A program made the position numbers and the translations under genes. This document shows positions 18,131 through 26,286 of a DNA stretch of 64,000 nucleotides, piece after piece. The notes under the pieces are model-generated. The model worked only from the letters and a program-made list of their open reading frames with translations. It was not told the origin of the DNA and made no database searches. The stretch is from Chloroflexota bacterium (GTDB lineage: Bacteria > Chloroflexota > Anaerolineae > UBA4142), in assembly GCA_016215025.1 (NCBI GenBank), contig JACRMI010000139.1, positions 20,862-84,861 on the forward strand, written 5' to 3'. Within the stretch, counting starts at the first letter, position 1. The number at the start of each line of letters is the position of its first letter.

Positions 18131-19294
18131 TCATAGCTCTGCCACGCGCACGGAATAAATCTCCGGCAGCGAAGTCAGCAGCCGCGCCCACGATTCGCCT
18201 TCATTCCGACTCGCCCACACTTCGCCGCCGGTCGTGCCGAGATAAACGCCGACGGGATCATGTAGGTCAGGGTTCATCGCTTGACGTTTGAGCGAGAACC
18301 AGCCGTCGCGTTTTGGAAAACCTTTGTTTTGTTTCTTCCACGTTTTGCCACCGTTGTGCGAGACGAATGTTGCGGGTTTGCCATTCGGACTCACGCGTCC
18401 CAACGGAAATGTGCCATCGAGAGGGAAGAGCCACACCGTATCCGGATCGCGTGGATGAGTGACAATCGGGTACGAGTGATCGCTGTACGGCTTGGGCAGT
18501 GTTTTGCCGATGTTGACCCAGCATCCCTCGTTTCGATCCATGCGGTACACACCGAAATGATTTTGCATATAGAATCGATCAGGATTGAGTGGATTCATGA
18601 CGATTCGATGCGGATCATGTCCTACTTCGGCGTCCGGCACCGGCAAAAACTCCGACACGAGGCCTTTGTTGAGCGGATGCCAATCGTTTCCCTTATCGAA
18701 CGATTCAAACACGCCGCCGCCGGAGAGACAGAGATACATATGATTTACGTCGCGCGGGTCGATGCTGATCGAATGCAAAGTGGGTCCATCGGGCGGACCT
18801 TCGTCCGGCGGATTCCACCAGGTTTTAAATTGTGGATGTTGATTGAATCCATTCACCGGTTCCCAGGTTGCCCCATCGTCTTCAGAACGAAACAATCCTT
18901 GCGGCGATGTGCCGATGTACCAAACACCTGGCTCGCTTGCGTGCGCCGGTGAAATCCAAAAGTTATGATGGACCGAAATGCCTTGCTCACCTTCGGGCGC
19001 TTTGGGAAACGCAGGGGGCCGGGATGCTTCTTTCCACGTTTTGCCCAAATCAGTTGAACGAAACACGGTAGGACCCAGATGTCCGGTGTGGGCTGCCATC
19101 AAGATCGTGCGGCTGTTGCTCCGCGAGTCCATCACCATATCGTTGACGACTGCGCCGATGTGCATCCCATCGGACAGCTTCCACTTGCGCCGCGTTTTAT
19201 CGCCACGCAAAATGAACGCGCCTTTGCGGGTGCCGATGAGGAGCATCACAGCGCCGGTTGCGGGTTTAGGAACAGTCATATTTGGTTTTGCCAT
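18131..19294 (-). CDS. BNR/Asp-box repeat beta-propeller protein (sialidase-like fold; substrate unknown)
   Basis: Asp-box-like motifs STDLGKTW, SEDDGATW, FDKGNDW, SHNGGKTW, SRNEGESW. AGGAGGG SD lies before ATG 19294. The ORF is open to 19318. Confidence 0.75.
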   Translation of the reverse strand: MAKPNMTVPKPATGAVMLLIGTRKGAFILRGDKTRRKWKLSDGMHIGAVVNDMVMDSRSNSRTILMAAHTGHLGPTVFRSTDLGKTWKEASRPPAFPKAPEGEQGISVHHNFWISPAHASEPGVWYIGTSPQGLFRSEDDGATWEPVNGFNQHPQFKTWWNPPDEGPPDGPTLHSISIDPRDVNHMYLCLSGGGVFESFDKGNDWHPLNKGLVSEFLPVPDAEVGHDPHRIVMNPLNPDRFYMQNHFGVYRMDRNEGCWVNIGKTLPKPYSDHSYPIVTHPRDPDTVWLFPLDGTFPLGRVSPNGKPATFVSHNGGKTWKKQNKGFPKRDGWFSLKRQAMNPDLHDPVGVYLGTTGGEVWASRNEGESWARLLTSLPEIYSVRVAEL

Positions 19295-19386
19295 TGTACC
19301 CTCCTTGAGCGAAATCACACAGCCCGATTCTAATCGAACGGTTGTTCGTCGTCAAGGGGGGATCACGAAAGTTATTTTTTCCTTTT

Positions 19387-21126
19387 TCATGCCGTTGCAG
19401 GATAGACCGTTTTGCCTCCCACAATTGTTTGCGTGATGGTAACTGCGCCGATGTGGTCAGCGGCTGAGTACGGGTCTTCGTTCCACACCGCGAGGTCTGC
19501 CAGTTTTCCAATTTCAATCGAGCCCTTGGTTTTTTCTTCGTGCGCGGCGTACGCCCCGCCGATCGTATGCGCGCGCAATGCCTCTTGGATCGTCAAGCAT
19601 TGGTCTTGTCCTAGGACTTTGTTCGTGAAGGTGATGCGCATCGTCGCGCCTGCGAGTGTCATCTGCGGCGAGATCAATGGCCCGGTCGGTGCATCGGAAC
19701 CGAGCGCGAGATGCACGCCGTTGTCGAGCCATTCGCGCGTGACGCACAGCCGTTTGCCGCGTTCTTCGCCGAACTGTTTGAGCCACCCATCGCCGCCGGT
19801 GTAGATGAAGGCGGGCTGCGTGCTGACGACGATTCCCAGGTCTTTCATGCGCCGAGTGGCATCGCGCGTGGTGACGACGGCGTGCTCGATGCGATGGCGT
19901 GGATCGGGGCGCGGGTTTGCTTTCATCGCTTCTTCGTAGGCATCGATCACCAAATCCGTCGCCGCATCGCCGATGCAGTGGACGCCGACTTGCAGTCCCG
20001 TGTCGTGCATGGCGCGCACAGCACGCTTGAACATCGCCGGATCCCAGGTGGCCATATTCCAACTGATGCCATTGTGCGGTTGATGACAATATGCCGTCGG
20101 CGTTTGACCGTCGATCAGGAACTTGAAACCGGACAAGCGCATCATCGCGTCTTCGTAGCGTTCGACCTGGGTCAGCGCGGTGTTCACGTCGGCGGGCCAT
20201 TCCAGCGTGTAATAGATGCCGCCGCGAATTTTCATCTTGCCTTGGCGTGCTACGTCGAAATACGCTTTGACGTTTTCGGTGCCGCGCACGTTATTGTCTT
20301 CAAAGCTGGTAATGCCATACGCGGCGAAGGTGTCTTGCGGCGACAAGACGTACGTGCGCGGGTCATCTTCTTTATCAAGTTTGATATTGCGGCGCAAGAG
20401 GTCCATCGCGCGATGATTGTAAAAGACGCCGGTAAGTTCGCCACTTTTGTCGTGTTCGATAATGCCGCCTTGCGGATTCGGCGTGCTGGCGGTGATGTTG
20501 GCGACCTTTAGCGCGGCGCTGTTTGCTACGCCAAAGTGCCCGCCCTGTTGGATGATCCACACAGGATGTTCCGGCGCAACCTTGTCCAAGTCTTGACGGC
20601 GCGGCACAACGCCTGCGCCAACGTGGAAATAGTAACCTTGAATCCAATAACCCTTGGGCGTTTTGGCGACCAGACCCGCCAGTTTCTTTTGCAGCGTGTC
20701 GATGGAGTTGACCTCCGGCAGAATGAACGGAATGTACTCGACGCTCATCATGCCCACGACTTGCATGTGGTTGTGTGGATCGATCAACCCAGGCGTAACG
20801 GATTTGCCCTTCAGATCGACGAGCTTAGTTGCGCTTCCGGCGCGCAGTTGAATCTCGTCGCTTTTGCCGATGGCTTGAATGCGGCCGTTCTTGATCGCAA
20901 CTGCCTGTGCGATGGTGTCCTTGTTGTCGATCGTGATGATTCTGCCGTTGGTGAGAATCATGTCCGACGCATCCGTTGCGTTGGCTGGGACGAGAGTGGG
21001 TGAGACGCTGATCGATGGCGTTTGTGCTACTGGCATCGGTTCTCGACCTCCGCAACTTGCCAGCACCGCGCTGCCGAGACTTATCGCCGCGAGCCGAATG
21101 AAGTCGCGGCGCGTGAGGGATTGCAT
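19387..21126 (-). CDS. Secreted or lipoprotein amidohydrolase (Amidohydro_3 / YtcJ-like metal-dependent hydrolase)
   Basis: Start [27 protein letters not shown] (Tat-like RR motif plus lipobox) with a GGAGGAA SD. Also has the PGLIDPHNH metal-binding motif and a C-terminal [16 protein letters not shown] motif. Confidence 0.8.
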   Translation of the reverse strand: MQSLTRRDFIRLAAISLGSAVLASCGGREPMPVAQTPSISVSPTLVPANATDASDMILTNGRIITIDNKDTIAQAVAIKNGRIQAIGKSDEIQLRAGSATKLVDLKGKSVTPGLIDPHNHMQVVGMMSVEYIPFILPEVNSIDTLQKKLAGLVAKTPKGYWIQGYYFHVGAGVVPRRQDLDKVAPEHPVWIIQQGGHFGVANSAALKVANITASTPNPQGGIIEHDKSGELTGVFYNHRAMDLLRRNIKLDKEDDPRTYVLSPQDTFAAYGITSFEDNNVRGTENVKAYFDVARQGKMKIRGGIYYTLEWPADVNTALTQVERYEDAMMRLSGFKFLIDGQTPTAYCHQPHNGISWNMATWDPAMFKRAVRAMHDTGLQVGVHCIGDAATDLVIDAYEEAMKANPRPDPRHRIEHAVVTTRDATRRMKDLGIVVSTQPAFIYTGGDGWLKQFGEERGKRLCVTREWLDNGVHLALGSDAPTGPLISPQMTLAGATMRITFTNKVLGQDQCLTIQEALRAHTIGGAYAAHEEKTKGSIEIGKLADLAVWNEDPYSAADHIGAVTITQTIVGGKTVYPATA

Positions 21127-21140
21127 AGTTTTCCTCCAAG

Positions 21141-21165
21141 TAGGGCAAGTTTCTAACTTGCCAAG
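21141..21165 (-). repeat. 5'-UTR hairpin motif TAGGGCAAGTTTCTAACTTGCCAAG (second copy at 63260-63284)
   Basis: ggcaagtt / aacttgcc stem. 21 of 24 positions are identical to the copy upstream of tag, and two of the three differences are compensatory in the stem. Confidence 0.6.
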
Positions 21166-21193
21166 CAAGTCAGAGACTTGCTCTACAATTGTG

Positions 21194-22780
21194 TTATTGA
21201 CAGGCTAATGTTTGCGCGGTGACTTGATTGCTCCACGCGGAATTGCCTGCCGCGTTCACCGCTCGCACGCGAAAATTGTATGCACGATTGCAACTTAATC
21301 CAGTCGCTTCATACTGGCTTGCGTTCGCTCCGGCAGTTGCATCCGGTGCGCCTTCGACGCTGATCTCAAAACCGGTCTCGTTGTTGGCGTTGTCGTTCCA
21401 CGCGATGCGCGCGCTCGTCTTGGTTGTCGAGGTGACGCGCAGATTCGATGGGGCAGCGGGCGTAGCCGGTACGCCTTGCGCGCCATCGCACGCAAGCGTT
21501 TGCGCGGTGACTTGATTGCTCCACGCAGAATTGCCCGCGGCATTCACGGCGCGCACGCGAAAGTTGTACGCGCGATTGCAGGTCAGTCCGGTGATTTCAG
21601 ATTGCGTCGCGTTTGCGCTCGCCGTGGAATCAGCTCCGCCTTCCATGTCGATTTCGAATCGCGTTTCATTGTTCGAGCGATCATCCCAGGCCAGCCGCGC
21701 GCTTGTCTTGGTCGTCGAGGTGACGCGCAGATTCGTCGGGGCAGTGGGTGCGGTGGCTCCCGCCTCGCAGGCGAGTGTTTGCGCGGTGACCTGATTGCTC
21801 CACGCCGAATTGCCGGTCGCATTGAACGCCCGCACGCGAAAATTGTAGGATCGATGGCACGTCAAACCGGTCGCCTCGAATTGCGACGCATTTGCGCCGA
21901 GGCGAGAACTTGCGCCGCCTTCGATCTGAATTTCGAAACCGTCTTCGTTGTTGGCGCGATCATCCCAGGCGATACGCGCCGTGGTTTGCGTGGTCGATGT
22001 GACGCGCAGATTCGCCGGAGCTACGGGCGCTTGGCCGCTGGGACTGCTGTTTCCAACGGCGACGGTTGCAGTTGACGTCCGTACACTGCCATCGATCAAA
22101 ATCACGGTGAGCGTATACGTCGTGTTTTGGCTTGGACATTGTTGTTGGTCCGCATGTCCGGCGACGCCGGCCCCTTCAAAATAAACTTCGCGCACATTGT
22201 CCACATCCCAGCGCAGCGTACTGCATTGTCCGGGTTGAACGCTCGTCGGATTCGCCGTAAAGCTGATCGTGGCTGAGCCATTGACCGGATTCGGATTGGG
22301 TTGCGGCAGCGGAGCCGGTGCAGGCGGATCGTCGGGATTTGTCGGATCGCTCAACGCTTGCACGGCGACCACCTTGATCGCTGCCGGTTCGCTTTTCAAA
22401 CTTGTCGTGCTGTTGGCTTGCACCACGATAGTATGAACGCCTTTCGTCGGCAAGGTAATCGGAATCGCGGCGGAAAAAGTGGTCAACGGCGGCGCGGCGA
22501 CAACGGGCGTTTGCATTTGGCCGTCCACTGCTGCATCGATGCTGTAAATGCCCCGCGGATCAACTGCAACTGCGTGGACCAGAAATGCTTGACCGATGCG
22601 CACGCGCGAGCCGGTGGCGGGCAAAGTAATTTTGATCGTTGGGGCAACGGCGCTCACAGGTTGTGGCACAATCGGCGATACGTTTTCACGTTCTTGCATC
22701 ACGCGACAACCGATCAGGACGATCACGCCGAGCAAGCCCAATACGATGACGCTCAAACAACCGATGAGAAAATTTCGCAT
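21194..22780 (-). CDS. Secreted or membrane-anchored protein with Ig-like N-terminal domains and three tandem fibronectin type III domains
   Basis: Probable start MRNFLIGCLSVIVLGLLGVIVLIGC (the ORF is open to 22903). Three ~94-aa repeats, each with ..NLRVTSTT.T.ARIAWDD...NE.GFEI.... and ending CNRAYNFRVRAVNAAGNSAWSNQVTAQTLAC. Confidence 0.75.
   Translation of the reverse strand: MRNFLIGCLSVIVLGLLGVIVLIGCRVMQERENVSPIVPQPVSAVAPTIKITLPATGSRVRIGQAFLVHAVAVDPRGIYSIDAAVDGQMQTPVVAAPPLTTFSAAIPITLPTKGVHTIVVQANSTTSLKSEPAAIKVVAVQALSDPTNPDDPPAPAPLPQPNPNPVNGSATISFTANPTSVQPGQCSTLRWDVDNVREVYFEGAGVAGHADQQQCPSQNTTYTLTVILIDGSVRTSTATVAVGNSSPSGQAPVAPANLRVTSTTQTTARIAWDDRANNEDGFEIQIEGGASSRLGANASQFEATGLTCHRSYNFRVRAFNATGNSAWSNQVTAQTLACEAGATAPTAPTNLRVTSTTKTSARLAWDDRSNNETRFEIDMEGGADSTASANATQSEITGLTCNRAYNFRVRAVNAAGNSAWSNQVTAQTLACDGAQGVPATPAAPSNLRVTSTTKTSARIAWNDNANNETGFEISVEGAPDATAGANASQYEATGLSCNRAYNFRVRAVNAAGNSAWSNQVTAQTLACQ
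21197..22036. repeat. Three tandem ~285-bp coding repeats (the FN3 modules)
   Basis: Shadow ORFs at 21228 and 21516 begin with the same peptide MLHAELPAAFTARTRKLYARLQ, showing a 288-bp period. The last ~95 nt of units 2 and 3 are near-identical. Confidence 0.8.
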
Positions 22781-23038
22781 GGTGAACCTCCTTGAGACTA
22801 GCGCAAAAACAAACTGGCGCGACAGAGAAACAAGAGTGCACACAGCAGCAGCAAGAACAAGAATGCGCTTCCGCCGCCCCAGTACCAATGCCGGCGTGTC
22901 CACACCATTCGTCGTCTTGGTCGTAACATGGGAATCACCTCTTTCGACTTGATTGTTGATGATCGTAGTTTACGCCAACGCGCACCGGATTTCCCAAACC
23001 CAGCCAAACAATCAACCAACAATTAGCCAACAATTAAT

Positions 23039-23162
23039 CGGATAGTCGAATAGTCAGGTCGTCAAATCTCAAATCGTCTTGTGGCAAAATGAAATCGCGT
23101 GATCGAAAACAATCGACCACGCGACTAAAAGACTATTCGACTATTCGACTATCCGACTATCT
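23039..23162. repeat. Inverted repeat plus four tandem octamers (GACTATYC) enclosing the operon terminator
   Basis: cggatagtcgaatagtc (23039-23055) is the exact reverse complement of 23139-23155. The octamers gactattc gactattc gactatcc gactatct span 23131-23162 and overlap the regulator's stop codon. Confidence 0.75.
23095..23124 (-). terminator. rho-independent terminator of the kinase / FHA-regulator operon
   Basis: On the minus strand, tcgcgtggtcga / tcgatcacgcga forms a 12-bp stem (one G-U pair) with a 6-nt loop, followed by tttcatttt. Confidence 0.65.
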
Positions 23163-23751
23163 TGTATCCCCGCCCATGCACCGTCAAGATCAACCGGGGG
23201 TTCGACGGGTCTGTTTCGATTTTTTCGCGGACGCGCTTGACCAAACTTTCGATCTGGTAATCGTACACCTCTGCCTGATACTCAGGCCAGACCGCTTGCG
23301 CAATGTCTTGTTTGCTGCACGGGCGTCCTTTATTTTGATAGAGGAGGTCAAACAGCGCTTGCTCTTTGGGCGATAGCGAAATTGGTTGACGATTGATCCA
23401 AATCTCGCCGGTCGCCGCGTCGACGACGAGCAAGGGGAGATGTACATTGCGCAGCGTGGAAGCTGGGTCGTGAAAAATAAATACGGCGCTCGCAATAGCG
23501 ATCTCGTCACCATCGCGCAGCGTGTGCGGAGTAGTGACGCGGCGACCATTGACGCTAGTGCCATTCGCGCTTCCTAAGTCGGTCAGCGTACATGTATCGC
23601 CATCCCACTGGATTTCGCAATGATGGCGCGAGGCATGATGATCGGGAATAAAAACATTGCACTGGGCAGACCGCCCCATCGTGGTGATCGGTTCGACCAA
23701 CGGAAATTTTCGTCCAGCTTGATCGATCAAATATGGCGCGTCGTCGCTCAT
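23149..23751 (-). CDS. FHA domain fused to an OmpR/PhoB-type winged-helix DNA-binding domain (no receiver domain)
   Basis: N-terminal FHA: TMGRSAQCNVFIPDHHASRHHCEIQW..TLTDLGSANGTSVNGRRV. C-terminal trans_reg_C: LSPKEQALFDLLYQNKGRPCSKQDIAQAVW...YQIESLVKRVREKIE....P.LILTVHGRGYKI. Confidence 0.8.
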   Translation of the reverse strand: MSDDAPYLIDQAGRKFPLVEPITTMGRSAQCNVFIPDHHASRHHCEIQWDGDTCTLTDLGSANGTSVNGRRVTTPHTLRDGDEIAIASAVFIFHDPASTLRNVHLPLLVVDAATGEIWINRQPISLSPKEQALFDLLYQNKGRPCSKQDIAQAVWPEYQAEVYDYQIESLVKRVREKIETDPSNPRLILTVHGRGYKIVG

Positions 23752-25406
23752 TGGGCCGCCTGGTACGCGATGGTTAATATGGGACGCGAAGCGGAATCAG
23801 GATGATCGGTCATGTAAACGCGAAAATGCGCGGAGGGGTGACTGTCCTCGGACAACATCAGGAGCAGTCCGCCACCCAGCCGCGAACGTTCGTGCCAGGC
23901 GACGACAGCAGGCGTCACGTTAAGGGTCACCCAGCCCGATTCCGGCAATGGCGCAATATCGAGCGGTGTGCGATCATAGTCTCGTCCGGCGATCAGGCCC
24001 GGCGCGCTCCATGGCGTATTGTAGGTGGCAATCGACGCTCGCCACAGCGTCGCCATTTGATGCAGGACGATCTTGCCGGAAAATGGATCGTTGCCCCAGC
24101 GCACCACGCGCACGCCGAGTGTCGCCGAGATGATGGCTGCCTCGGTCGGCACGCGCGTGATATTGGCGGCGAGCAAAATTCGGTCGGGCTTGTCCGCGCC
24201 TTGCAGTTGAGCAAATTCCGCCGTGTGCCAAGATTCGTCGGGCGTATCCGGATCGAGCCAGGTATCGACGATCATGTTGGGACCTTGGACGGTCAAGGTC
24301 GAGCGCGCCGAATCGGTGTGAGTTTGTTGAGCGAGCTTCGCTAAAAATAATTCGGTGCGCCAGGGTGCGCTGACCATGAACAAGATCACGCACAACGCCA
24401 TCGTAAACAGAACCAGCACGAGATTCAACCAAGCCGGACGGTGGTTGAATAGTTCGAAACTGCGATGGCGCACGGGAGCCGGTGAAAAATCGATAGGCGG
24501 TGCTGGCACGGTCGGTGGTTCGATTGCAGCGCGCACGGCGCTGGCAAATTCAGCGGCGGTTTGATAACGATCAGAAGGATTCTTGGCGAGTGCCTTGAGA
24601 ATGACGCGTTCGATTGCTTCGGGTAAATCGGGACGCAGCGTGCGCGGCGGCGGCAAGGGAGCCGTCATGTGCTTGAGGATAATCGCGTACGGCGTGTCGG
24701 CGTCGAAAGGCAGATGACCGGTAGAGAGTTGATACATGACCACGCCGAGCGCGTAAATATCTGAACGTTCATCGCCGGAATCGCCTTTGCCTTGTTCGGG
24801 CGACATGTACGCGGGTGTGCCAACCGAGCCGCTGCTGTTGGTGATGATGGTGGCATCGATAATGCGGGCGATGCCAAAATCGGAGAGGACGGGGCGACCA
24901 TCGGTGGTCAGGATGACGTTCGAGGGTTTGACATCGCGATGGATGACGCCGCGATGGTGCGCGTACGCCAGCGCATCGGCGAGCGCAGCCACAAGGCGTA
25001 CGGTTTCGGCAAATTCGATGTGGGCATGGAGGGCATTCAGTTCGCGCAGCCGCGCTTTGAGACTCGTCCCGCTGAGGTATTCCATGACGAGGAATGCCAA
25101 GCCGCCGTTGGCGTCAAAGTCATAGACGCGGACGATGTGAGGATGCTCTAGCGCCGCAATCGCTTTGGCTTCGTGACGAAAGCGCGCGGCGAACTCTTCA
25201 TCTCCGGTCAAGTGAGGATGCAAAACTTTGATGGCGACATACCGTTCGAGATCGGGTTGGTAAGCTTTATAGACTTGGGCCATGCCGCCCTGTCCCAGCT
25301 TTTCGATCAAACGGTATTTGCCAAGTGTGATGCCGGTTAAGTCAGAGAGATTGGACCACGATGTATTTCGTAGCGATGACGAATCATCCTTCCGCTCTTC
25401 CGCCAT
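23748..25406 (-). CDS. Hanks-type Ser/Thr protein kinase with one TM and a ~200-aa extracytoplasmic domain
   Basis: Kinase motifs GQGGMAQVYKA, VAIK, HRDVKPSNVIL, DFGIA, GTPAYMSPEQ. One TM (WLNLVLVLFTMALCVILFMV). The ectodomain weakly resembles DNRLRE-type domains. Its stop overlaps the FHA gene start by 4 nt. Confidence 0.9.
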   Translation of the reverse strand: MAEERKDDSSSLRNTSWSNLSDLTGITLGKYRLIEKLGQGGMAQVYKAYQPDLERYVAIKVLHPHLTGDEEFAARFRHEAKAIAALEHPHIVRVYDFDANGGLAFLVMEYLSGTSLKARLRELNALHAHIEFAETVRLVAALADALAYAHHRGVIHRDVKPSNVILTTDGRPVLSDFGIARIIDATIITNSSGSVGTPAYMSPEQGKGDSGDERSDIYALGVVMYQLSTGHLPFDADTPYAIILKHMTAPLPPPRTLRPDLPEAIERVILKALAKNPSDRYQTAAEFASAVRAAIEPPTVPAPPIDFSPAPVRHRSFELFNHRPAWLNLVLVLFTMALCVILFMVSAPWRTELFLAKLAQQTHTDSARSTLTVQGPNMIVDTWLDPDTPDESWHTAEFAQLQGADKPDRILLAANITRVPTEAAIISATLGVRVVRWGNDPFSGKIVLHQMATLWRASIATYNTPWSAPGLIAGRDYDRTPLDIAPLPESGWVTLNVTPAVVAWHERSRLGGGLLLMLSEDSHPSAHFRVYMTDHPDSASRPILTIAYQAAQ

Positions 25407-25503
25407 GGCTCACCTCCGCACTGAGGCACTCGGATAAGTAGACCTGAATGCAGTATACCCCAGGGCGGGAATTTTCGCAAAGGTACTAGCGGTTTGGGCT
25501 AGA

Positions 25504-26178
25504 TCAATCGACCATCGGCAAAGCAGCGATTCGCCAGGTTTCCACCGCAGAAAAATCGATTGTATCTAAATGAGTGGAGTGATTTTGCCCGACAAGCAAC
25601 TCGGACGGCGAATAGTACGCGCCCAGAGCACACGCGCGGCAAAGCAACCGGCCCTCGCGATGAACCTCGCGTTCGTTGATAATGTCTTCGCCACATTCCT
25701 CGCACACCACGCGCAATCCATGCCGACTGATGATGGCTGCCAGCGAAATGTTTAGCTTAACCTCTTGGGCTAAGAGCAGTTCCGTGTTGGGCATCACTTG
25801 GTAGGCATTAAGTTGTGCATGCCATTTGTCAGATGCGTTCGGCGCGTAATCGCGGGCGCGCGTACGCGATTCGCGCGTAGGTGTGATGCGAAGCGCGCAT
25901 TCGGTCAGCGTATCGACGAAGGTCGCTGCACTCTTGCCGTAATCCATCACGCGCATCGTGCGATGTCCCACGGCGCATCCGGTGGCGACCGTAATCCCAT
26001 CGATCAAACAGCCATCGGTTTCCACAAAAGCAAAGAGGCGTTTATCGGCTTGGGGCAAAGCGAGATCCAGGAGTTCGCCCGCATACATCCCCATTCGTAC
26101 GCCGAGGACTTGGCGTGGACATACATGGTCGTGATGAAATTGGGTCGATTGTTCGAGTAAATTCTTTAACTCTGGCAT
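25504..26178 (-). CDS. FmdE-family protein with C-terminal zinc ribbon
   Basis: Start MPELKNLL has a GAGGA SD (the ORF is open to 26259). FHHDHVCPRQVLGVRMG motif typical of the FmdE family. C-terminal CEECG....(13)..CRAC. Confidence 0.75.
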   Translation of the reverse strand: MPELKNLLEQSTQFHHDHVCPRQVLGVRMGMYAGELLDLALPQADKRLFAFVETDGCLIDGITVATGCAVGHRTMRVMDYGKSAATFVDTLTECALRITPTRESRTRARDYAPNASDKWHAQLNAYQVMPNTELLLAQEVKLNISLAAIISRHGLRVVCEECGEDIINEREVHREGRLLCRACALGAYYSPSELLVGQNHSTHLDTIDFSAVETWRIAALPMVD

Positions 26179-26190
26179 GATCTTTTCCTC

Positions 26191-26228
26191 AAAATAAAAA
26201 ATGCCTGTCATGAAAAAGAGACAGGCAT
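26191..26228 (-). promoter_or_regulatory. Hairpin plus U-run immediately 5' of the FmdE-like SD (attenuator/terminator-like)
   Basis: On the minus strand, augccuguc / gacaggcau forms a 9-bp stem followed by uuuuuauuuu, then GAGGAAAAGAUCAUG. The layout is very similar to 32231-32270. Confidence 0.5.
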
Positions 26229-26231
26229 CAA

Positions 26232-26283
26232 CCAAACCTGACAGGTTTTCTCGGCTCATTCGGAACCGCCAAACCTGTCAGGT
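26232..26283. repeat. Two copies of a 15-nt palindromic box CCAAACCTG(A/T)CAGGT
   Basis: Copies at 26232-26246 and 26269-26283, 37 bp apart. The first extends to the perfect palindrome aaacctgacaggttt. A half-copy aaacctgaca occurs at 32383-32392 upstream of the Fe-S subunit gene. Confidence 0.65.
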
Positions 26284-26286
26284 CTC

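Noticed and set aside
23131-23162. Short tandem repeats considered as a possible CRISPR or VNTR array
   Set aside because: There are only four 8-bp units with no spacers, so it is not CRISPR. It is reported as a repeat or possible regulatory array instead.
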